The translations under genes were made by a program, and so were the position numbers. Under the pieces are notes generated by a model. The model was given only the letters and a program-made list of their open reading frames with translations, ran no database searches and had not been told where the DNA came from. DNA of 44,763 bases from an uncultured Clostridia bacterium (GTDB lineage Bacteria > Bacillota > Dehalobacteriia > UBA4068). The stretch lies in assembly GCA_944391235.1 (NCBI GenBank), contig CALXSV010000022.1:1-44763 (forward strand). The letters run 5' to 3'. Each line of letters begins with the position of its first letter. Within the stretch, counting starts at the first letter, position 1. Positions 8,528 to 14,787 of this stretch are shown piece after piece.

Positions 8528-9940
8528 TTAAAACCTAAAATACAAAAATGGGTTGTATGTATCACCAACTAAAAAACTGACGCTTATAAAGAACAGACCA
8601 GCAGATAGGGCAGTTTTTACTACAGGGGTTACCCATTTTCCAACATTTGTTTTTGTTGATAGGCTTTTTCTCTTAGAAAGATTTATGCTAAACACCGCAC
8701 AGGCAATCCATAATATTGCATTTGAATAGAGCAAATAGCTTGCTTCCGAAGAAAAGAATCCGACTCCATTAAGACCGAACATCGCTTTTAAATACAACCC
8801 TACATTGGAAATATTGTCAAATGCAAAAATTACCCAACTGATTACCACAAGAATCAGCGTATAGATATGAGAAAGCAATCTATGTCTTGAAAGTCTTTTT
8901 AATAAAAAAACCTTTTCTATTATCAACAACACGCCGAAATACAAACCCCAAATAACAAAATTCCAACTTGCACCATGCCAAAAGCCTGTTAAGCACCATA
9001 CAATTAAAATATTAAAAAGCTGCCTTTTCAGACCTTGTCTGTTTCCGCCAAGCGGGATATAAACATATTCTCTAAACCACGAGCCAAGAGAGATATGCCA
9101 CCGGCGCCAAAACTCTGTGATACTTTTCGCGCAGTAAGGATAATTAAAGTTCTCTTTAAAATGATAGCCAAACATCTCGCCTAATCCGATTGCCATATCC
9201 GAATAACCCGAAAAATCGAAATAGATTTGAAAAGAAAAAGCAATAGCTCCAAGCCATGCTTCACTTGTGGGTAAAGAACTTAGCGAGCCTCCTGAGATCT
9301 GCTCCCAAAGTAATCCTATATTATTTGCCAGCAGAACTTTTTTTGCCAAACCAATAATAAAACGGTTGATTCCATAGGAGAAGCCACTTACTGTTACTTG
9401 ATGTAGATTTAGCTGTGTTTCAATATCCTTGTATTGTACAATCGGCCCTGCCACCAACTGGGGAAACATGGTAACATATGCGCCGAAACTGACAATGTTT
9501 TTTTGTGCATGGATTTCCCGTCTATATACATCAATCGTGTAAGATAGCGTTTGAAAAGTATAAAAGGAAATTCCTATCGGCAAAGCAATATCTATTAGTG
9601 GCAGTTCCACTCCTTGTAGTGCATTTATATTCTCGATGAAAAAGTTGTTATACTTAAAAAAGCCTAAAATCCCAAGATTTATCACTACTGAGCATATCAG
9701 CACAATTTTTGCCGCTTTGATTCTTTGATTAGAGTAAAATTTTTCAATCAATAATCCGTTTATATAGTCAAAAACTGTAGAAAACAGCATAATTAAAATA
9801 TAAACCGGTTCACCCCAAGTATAAAAAATCAAACTAAAAAAGAGTAAAACAAAATTTTTAAGCCTTTGGGGAACGATAAAATACATAAACAGTACAGCAG
9901 GCAGAAAGAAAAAGATAAATAATATACTACTGAAAACCAA
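8528..9940 (-). CDS. MBOAT family membrane-bound O-acyltransferase (AlgI/DltB/PatA-like)
   Basis: Polytopic membrane protein with 'EFWRRWHISLGSWFREYVYIPLGGNR' and 'TGFWHGASWNF' (the conserved MBOAT His). TTG start at 9940 with a strong SD (AAGGAGG, 7-nt spacing). Confidence 0.9.
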   Translation of the reverse strand: MVFSSILFIFFFLPAVLFMYFIVPQRLKNFVLLFFSLIFYTWGEPVYILIMLFSTVFDYINGLLIEKFYSNQRIKAAKIVLICSVVINLGILGFFKYNNFFIENINALQGVELPLIDIALPIGISFYTFQTLSYTIDVYRREIHAQKNIVSFGAYVTMFPQLVAGPIVQYKDIETQLNLHQVTVSGFSYGINRFIIGLAKKVLLANNIGLLWEQISGGSLSSLPTSEAWLGAIAFSFQIYFDFSGYSDMAIGLGEMFGYHFKENFNYPYCAKSITEFWRRWHISLGSWFREYVYIPLGGNRQGLKRQLFNILIVWCLTGFWHGASWNFVIWGLYFGVLLIIEKVFLLKRLSRHRLLSHIYTLILVVISWVIFAFDNISNVGLYLKAMFGLNGVGFFSSEASYLLYSNAILWIACAVFSINLSKRKSLSTKTNVGKWVTPVVKTALSAGLFFISVSFLVGDTYNPFLYFRF

Positions 9941-9952
9941 TAGACTTCCTCC

Positions 9953-10804
9953 TTAATCAACTGGTTCCTGTATTGTAAATTCCAGTGTGCCTGCTGCACC
10001 ATATGCCACTTCATATTGCTCAAAAACAACAACAATTTGATTATTCTGATTGATATAAAAATCAGTATCTTCAGAAATTAACTCAATAATGGCAATATCA
10101 TCCCAGAGCATTTCTTTTTGAGCATCAGTCCAGCCGGCAATGGTATTTTGAATGCTCTCAGCCACGATCTCCTTATAATCATTTCCATACCAATCTTTTA
10201 GAGTGAGATTTCTTTCACTTTCCAAGTCGATATTGTAGTAAATTTCATGATTATATGCATGGAATGCGGTTTCATATTGTGATATTACAAAGGATACGTA
10301 TTTTTCATTTATACATTTAATCTCATAATTGACTGTGATGCCAATCGGGGTGAAGTCTTCCGGCTTTCCGCCTGTTTCTATAAACGCTTTATAATAGCTT
10401 TTTGCCATCTCTTCATTTTCCGATATACAGGCATCGATTTTTTGCTGAATTTCAAGATTCACTCTTTTTTCCAAATCACTTTTTCCCGTGTTTTCAATTT
10501 GCGGAATTTTTGCGTCGATGTATTTTATATCATCCTCAAAATGATATTCTCTAAAGGTAAAAACGCGGCACAAATTGCCAATGACCGGGATTTCATACGC
10601 AGCTTGTGCAAGCACAGGAGAAGTATTCAAAAGCGTAATGAAACAAACCATAAACACTGCTGCTATTGTGGTGGACTTTTTTAAAATATAAACTATTTTA
10701 TTTTTTTTGCGCTGGCTTTTCCCCTCGGCAATTGCTGCGTTTACAACAGCATCTAATTCATCGGGAATTTCAATGTTTTTGTAATCCAACTTATCAATAA
10801 TCAT
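9953..10804 (-). CDS. anti-sigma factor, RsiV-like (short cytoplasmic N-terminus, one TM, DUF4163/DUF3298-type ectodomain)
   Basis: The ATG overlaps the sigma gene stop by 11 nt. TM is 'TTIAAVFMVCFITLL' followed by 'SPVLAQA|AY'. 'YIDAKIPQIEN', 'AFHAYNHEIYYNIDLESERNLTLKDWYG' and 'VVVFEQYEVAYGAAGTLEFTI' match DUF4163/DUF3298 patterns as I remember them. Confidence 0.7.
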   Translation of the reverse strand: MIIDKLDYKNIEIPDELDAVVNAAIAEGKSQRKKNKIVYILKKSTTIAAVFMVCFITLLNTSPVLAQAAYEIPVIGNLCRVFTFREYHFEDDIKYIDAKIPQIENTGKSDLEKRVNLEIQQKIDACISENEEMAKSYYKAFIETGGKPEDFTPIGITVNYEIKCINEKYVSFVISQYETAFHAYNHEIYYNIDLESERNLTLKDWYGNDYKEIVAESIQNTIAGWTDAQKEMLWDDIAIIELISEDTDFYINQNNQIVVVFEQYEVAYGAAGTLEFTIQEPVD

Positions 10805-11288
10805 AATCTGTATCCTTTATTTCCATTTGTAAAAGCTTTAGAGCTTTATACAATCTCGCTTTTACTGTACTCAACTTGGTCGATGTAATTTCCGCTATCT
10901 CATCAAGCTTCATATCCTCAAAAAAACGGAGGATGACTATCGTTTTCAATTTTGGTGGTAATTTGTCTATTGCGGAATAAAGCGTTAAATATTGTTCTTT
11001 ATCAAGATCCTCCGCTGCGGGTATTTGATATTCTGGCAGTTCATCAAAGTATACAATATTTGTGCTTTTACGGATATTAGAAATGCTTTCATTGATCAAA
11101 ATCCTATAGAACCAAGTTTCGAGATATTCTTTTTTTCGTAGTGAGTCTATTTTCTGTAAGGCCTTAACAATAGTATCGTGAATAATATCCAGTGCATCAT
11201 CTTTGTTTTTAACATAAGCGAAAGCAATACGATAGTATTTTTCTTTGTTGCGTTCAACCAGCCTTATAAGTTCTTGTTCCGCATTCAC
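10794..11288 (-). CDS. ECF (sigma-70 family group 4) RNA polymerase sigma factor, SigV-like
   Basis: Region 2 is 'YRIAFAYVKNKDDALDIIHDTIVKA ... WFYRILINESI'. Region 4 HTH is 'MKLDEIAEITSTKLSTVKARLYKA'. GTG start. Translationally coupled to the anti-sigma gene. Confidence 0.9.
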   Translation of the reverse strand: MNAEQELIRLVERNKEKYYRIAFAYVKNKDDALDIIHDTIVKALQKIDSLRKKEYLETWFYRILINESISNIRKSTNIVYFDELPEYQIPAAEDLDKEQYLTLYSAIDKLPPKLKTIVILRFFEDMKLDEIAEITSTKLSTVKARLYKALKLLQMEIKDTDYDY

Positions 11289-11311
11289 AACCGTTTCCCC
11301 ATCTCACTTAA

Positions 11312-11779
11312 TTATAAATATTTTGTAATGATTTCTTCCGCGACATCGCTGCTGCTCGATACGCAAACGATTACATAGTTTCCTGATTGCTTAACAACAG
11401 CTTTATCCAATTTTTGAAGTTCTTCGGGAATATAGGAGCCAAAATCCGCCTTTTGTTCTTCGATTCTTTCCATAGCCATTTTTAAGCCTTCCTCAGCCTT
11501 CTCATTGCTGTCAAATTCAAATAAAGAAATTTCTTCGGCAGTAGCACCGCTGCTGATGTAAACTTGTGCACGAACAAAATCTTCTATATTATAAATTTTT
11601 TGTATCACAGCGTCATCAACGGCAGTCAATTCATCTTTAAATTCGATGTTTTCAAGCAATTCATTGCTTAATGCGTTAAAATCAATCTCCGTGGTATCAT
11701 TTTTAGAGGAACAACCCGAAAATGTAGTAATTATTGCGACTATAAGCAAAAATAGTAATATTTTTTTAATCGTTTTCAT
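11312..11779 (-). CDS. lipoprotein, DUF4358-like
   Basis: Signal peptide plus lipobox 'TTFSGCSS'. 'YISSGATAEEISLFEF' and 'YIPEE' resemble the DUF4358 pattern. Confidence 0.65.
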   Translation of the reverse strand: MKTIKKILLFLLIVAIITTFSGCSSKNDTTEIDFNALSNELLENIEFKDELTAVDDAVIQKIYNIEDFVRAQVYISSGATAEEISLFEFDSNEKAEEGLKMAMERIEEQKADFGSYIPEELQKLDKAVVKQSGNYVIVCVSSSSDVAEEIITKYL

Positions 11780-11797
11780 AATTTCATTTTCCCTTTC

Positions 11798-12706
11798 TTA
11801 TTTTGAAATCGTATGCTTTTTTAAGTATTCAAGCCATTTATCACAGTAGGATTGTTTCAAATGAATACCATCTGTTGCAGCCTCCTCCGGCAGGCATCCA
11901 TTTTCATCAGAAACAGCAGCTCCAGTGTCGATATAATATACCTGCTTTTCCTCTGCCATTTGACGAATCAATGCATTATACTCATTTATTTTGTCGTTTT
12001 TTACATAACCGTGTGTTCGCGAGACGCTGTCTGTAACGGGCAGAATTTCCTGAACATAAATAATTGCTTGAGGATTTATCGTTTTGATTTCATCAATGAT
12101 CTGGCCATATTTTTCGATGAAAACACTGCTATACGGCCAACCTGTTTCATTAATCCCAAGCATAATATATACCTTGCTGAAATCAGTGCTATGCAACGCA
12201 TCCATTACAGAAAGTTTTTCGCCATCCTTATTGATAACGGGCTTAGTAAACACTGTATCAACCATGAGCCCCTTGTCTGTATATGAAATAGCATTCGACA
12301 GTCCTGTATATAAAAGCAGGCCCTCTGTTCTTGAGTCCCCGATAAACACAGCATCGTCAAAATAGTCATTTTCTACAGGCTCTGTTTCTGGCACGGGCTT
12401 TGCATAGTCATACGCGATTTCAGACTCTTTGCCTTCATTCCTGCTGTTTTCGCTTTCTTCAATTTGCGGCGTCGATTGTTCGGGCTGTGTTGTTGGATCT
12501 GTCAGCGATTCGCTGCTTGTTTTATCATTTGCTAAAGTTTCCGGCGATTGTATAGAGCGCCAAATCGCAGTTGCTATAGAGATTCCCACAAATACTGCGA
12601 GTAGGACTATCAGATAATGTATATATCTTTTAAGTCTTGGCTTTCTGCGTCTTGGCTTTCTGCGTCTTGCCAGATTTGAAGGATTATAGTTATTAGTCTG
12701 GTGCAT
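11798..12706 (-). CDS. membrane-anchored SGNH/GDSL hydrolase-fold protein (esterase or acyltransferase)
   Basis: Basic N-terminus, one TM 'LIVLLAVFVGISIATAIW', and an S/T/E/P-rich linker of about 70 aa. SGNH blocks are 'AVFIGDSRTEG' (I), 'LGINE' (III) and 'TDGIHL' (V). Confidence 0.8.
   Translation of the reverse strand: MHQTNNYNPSNLARRRKPRRRKPRLKRYIHYLIVLLAVFVGISIATAIWRSIQSPETLANDKTSSESLTDPTTQPEQSTPQIEESENSRNEGKESEIAYDYAKPVPETEPVENDYFDDAVFIGDSRTEGLLLYTGLSNAISYTDKGLMVDTVFTKPVINKDGEKLSVMDALHSTDFSKVYIMLGINETGWPYSSVFIEKYGQIIDEIKTINPQAIIYVQEILPVTDSVSRTHGYVKNDKINEYNALIRQMAEEKQVYYIDTGAAVSDENGCLPEEAATDGIHLKQSYCDKWLEYLKKHTISK
12635..12670. repeat. 15-bp tandem repeat (about 2.4 copies) inside the SGNH gene 5' end
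   Basis: TCTTGGCTTTCTGCG at 12635-12649 and 12650-12664, plus a partial third copy. It encodes 'RRRKPRRRKPR'. Confidence 0.9.
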
Positions 12707-12741
12707 AGCGAAATCCCCTTTTCTTTTGGTTCTATCTATTA

Positions 12742-12768
12742 GACGCTTGAGTGCAGCAGAAAGTTAAT
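12742..12768 (-). promoter_or_regulatory. candidate ECF-type promoter upstream of the island operon
   Basis: Minus strand reads ATTAAC - 17 nt - CGTCTAA. The -35 'AAC' is at 12763-12768, and the -10 'CGTC' at 12742-12745 lies 36 nt upstream of the ATG. Generic ECF consensus is (G)AAC-N16/17-CGT(C). Confidence 0.3.
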
Positions 12769-12957
12769 TCTCATACAAAAAATTTACAATTTTTATGTAA
12801 TCCAGCTGCCTGTATTTCGGCAAGTGGGGGCGGGTACACCGTAGCAGAGACTCTTGTAATCGCCTATAGAATATTCATTAGCTCAGAAACTATTATGAGC
12901 ATTGCCTTTAGCACTCCCTTTAAAAAGGACATTTACCAAAATCAGTCCATTCGTTTG

Positions 12958-13019
12958 CAAAAAAGATAAACCATTACTGTTACTTGCTATATCGCCCTAC
13001 TACCTAACAATAATGGTTT
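12958..13019 (-). terminator. strong hairpin with T-run on the minus strand in the island-edge intergenic region
   Basis: AAACCATTATTGTTA / TAACAGTAATGGTTT (15-bp stem, 1 mismatch, 22-nt loop), followed on the minus strand by ATCTTTTTTG. Confidence 0.5.
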
Positions 13020-13221
13020 AATGTCTGGTGCGTCTTATCAAAAATTGCGTGGCTGCTTCTTGGTTGGAAGTAAATCCATATTGACAACAAACTTTAGACC
13101 AGAATTCAGAGATGCAAACTTCAAACATGCGAATTGTTTTATTTAATGAGCTATTTTTATACTTCTGCCGGTTGCGGACCGGCGTTAAAAGCTGGAATAC
13201 GTGTAACCTATGTTTTCTAAT

Positions 13222-13257
13222 AGAGAAAAACAACCAGTATAGTTATACTGGTTGTTT
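13222..13257 (-). terminator. rho-independent terminator of the HD-domain gene
   Basis: Perfect 14-bp inverted repeat AAACAACCAGTATA / TATACTGGTTGTTT, followed on the minus strand by TTTTTCTCT. Confidence 0.75.
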
Positions 13258-13271
13258 AAAATACTATGCGC

Positions 13272-13844
13272 TTATGCATCCTTCGGTCCCAGCCCCAGCG
13301 CATCCATTTGCTCTTTCATACCGGCAATGGTAATGGCCATTACCTCCTTCAAATCCATTCCTAGCATTTCACAGCCTTTCTTAATAACCTCTCTATCACA
13401 TTTTGCTGCAAAGCGTTTGTCCTTAAACTTTTTATTGGCACTCGATACTTCCATATCGGATATCCCTGTTGGACGCATTAAGGCTGCTGCCATAATAATG
13501 CCGGTTAGTTCGTCTACAGTAAAGAGACTTTTTTCCAGCAGGCTTTGTGGCTCCACATCAGAGCAGATTCCCCAGCCATGCGAAAGAATGGCGCGTATAT
13601 CCTCTTCTGCAACCCCTTCTGCTGTCAAAATAGCCTCTGTATGCTGTAAATGCTCTTCTGGATAGTGTTGGTAATCTACATCATGCAGGTACCCAATTGC
13701 CTGCCAGTATTCTTTATCTGCTTCAAAATGCTCTGCCATTGCACCCATTGCGGCGGATACCGCGGTTGCATGGAGCAGAAGCCCAGGTTCGTCGCAGTTT
13801 TTATGTAATATTTCCTGCGCGCGGGCAAGGCTAAGTTTGCTCAT
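13272..13844 (-). CDS. HD/HDIG-domain metal-dependent phosphohydrolase
   Basis: 'LLLHATAVSAAM' (His) plus 'IGYLHDVDY' (HD dyad). Confidence 0.8.
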   Translation of the reverse strand: MSKLSLARAQEILHKNCDEPGLLLHATAVSAAMGAMAEHFEADKEYWQAIGYLHDVDYQHYPEEHLQHTEAILTAEGVAEEDIRAILSHGWGICSDVEPQSLLEKSLFTVDELTGIIMAAALMRPTGISDMEVSSANKKFKDKRFAAKCDREVIKKGCEMLGMDLKEVMAITIAGMKEQMDALGLGPKDA

Positions 13845-13978
13845 CTATGTGCACTTCCTTTCTATATAAAACAATGCTTATTTCTCTGTTCCTTTGTATT
13901 TTCCTGCCTTTTGGTTTGCAAGACAGGTTTAGGCAACCTGCTGCATATACTGTTAAAAGCAATATGGGAGGTAGGGAA

Positions 13979-14629
13979 ATGCGCATCAGGAAGAACCGGC
14001 TGAAACGTAAGCTAAAAATGCTTACTGTATTGCTATTGCTTTGCGTGCTACTGGTGGTGGGCCTTTGGGCAATAGAAAGTCTGGCCCCGCTGGTTCAAAC
14101 TGCCGCGATGCAACAGGCGCAGATCATTACGGCCTCGGAAATTACCCGCTCCGCCCGGCAGGAGGTGATCAACTACGCGGCCTCCTGCGATTATGAAACG
14201 TTAATGAGCATAGAGCGGGATGAGGAGGGCCGCGTTACGCTCATTGCACCGGATACGATGTTGCTTAACGCCATTATTGCAGATACTATTTTGGCTGTAG
14301 AGGAGAGTATTCTAGGGGTAGAGGAGCAATGTTTGTCTATTCCCTTGGGTACCATAACCGGTAGTTGGCTTTTATCTGCATTGGGTCCGGATTTGTCCTT
14401 TCGTTTTCGTTTTCATGGCGTACCAAAAATCAGTGTGCGTGATGAAATAGATGCAGCCGGGATTAATCAGGTACGGCACCGCGTTTATCTGGATATTGAT
14501 TGTGAATTGCGCCTTATCGTCCCCTTTTGCCATGATACGGAGACTGTATCGTGTACGGTACTGCTGACTGAGGGCATTATCGTTGGGTATACGCCAGATA
14601 CTTATATTGGCCTTTCTGTACCGGAATAG
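13979..14629 (+). CDS. yunB: sporulation protein YunB
   Basis: Start set at ATG 13979 (RBS GGGAGGTAGGG). Basic N-terminus 'MRIRKNRLKRKLK' plus a TM. C-terminal 'LLTEGIIVGYTPDTY' resembles YunB. Confidence 0.7.
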   Translation: MRIRKNRLKRKLKMLTVLLLLCVLLVVGLWAIESLAPLVQTAAMQQAQIITASEITRSARQEVINYAASCDYETLMSIERDEEGRVTLIAPDTMLLNAIIADTILAVEESILGVEEQCLSIPLGTITGSWLLSALGPDLSFRFRFHGVPKISVRDEIDAAGINQVRHRVYLDIDCELRLIVPFCHDTETVSCTVLLTEGIIVGYTPDTYIGLSVPE

Positions 14630-14674
14630 ATTGTTGTAATACAGCATTTTCCGCTCTTTTTCACAATAAATTCT

Positions 14675-14702
14675 TTGTCAAAAGACGCTTTTATGCTATA
14701 AT
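14675..14702 (+). promoter_or_regulatory. sigma-A type promoter of the PBP gene
   Basis: TTGTCA (14675-14680), 16-nt spacer, TGc-TATAAT (14697-14702). Confidence 0.35.
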
Positions 14703-14787
14703 AAACGGGTATGGTATATACTTGTATACATTCTGCACTGTTTTATCACCCGTAATCTTTACGGGTATTAGACATGGAGGTTAAATA

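Larger units (their letters stand above)
7205..13226. other. AT-rich compositional island carrying the ECF-sigma / MBOAT envelope-acylation operon
   Basis: Hand GC counts of 60-nt lines inside (7441, 8041, 8101, 9001, 10021, 11101, 12121) are 25, 45, 25, 38, 22, 32 and 38%. Flanking lines (5341, 6721, 13501, 15961) are 52, 55, 47 and 57%. Both edges coincide with terminators of flanking core genes. Confidence 0.6.

Noticed and set aside
11360-11383. Internal ECF-like motif GGAAAC ... CGTA inside the 3' end of the DUF4358 gene, upstream of the sigma gene
   Set aside because: The spacer is only 14 nt, against the 16-17 nt expected, so it is probably a chance match. Only TSS mapping could settle it.
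12769-12960. Possible riboswitch in the roughly 250-nt region upstream of the island operon
   Set aside because: I compared it by eye with the c-di-GMP, c-di-AMP, SAM, preQ1, TPP and T-box core motifs and found no match and no convincing multi-stem structure. It cannot be excluded without a covariance-model scan.
7126-13270. Search for att-like direct repeats or inverted repeats flanking the AT-rich island
   Set aside because: Only a 9-mer (AATTGTTTT, near 7225 and 13132) is shared. It is AT-rich and short enough to be chance. There is no integrase or transposase to go with it.
12751-13333. Track ORFs 12751..12969(+), 13018..13233(-) and 13112..13333(+), plus a 41-aa plus-strand ORF starting at 13021
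   Set aside because: None has an RBS, all run through terminator hairpins, and none matches a recognisable family. I treat the region as non-coding or decayed (see the finding on 12958-13226).
13847-13978. 44-codon N-terminal extension of the yunB ORF in the track (start 13847)
   Set aside because: The extension starts 2 nt from the divergent HD gene start and has no RBS. ATG 13979 has a strong GGGAGG SD and gives the typical basic YunB N-terminus.
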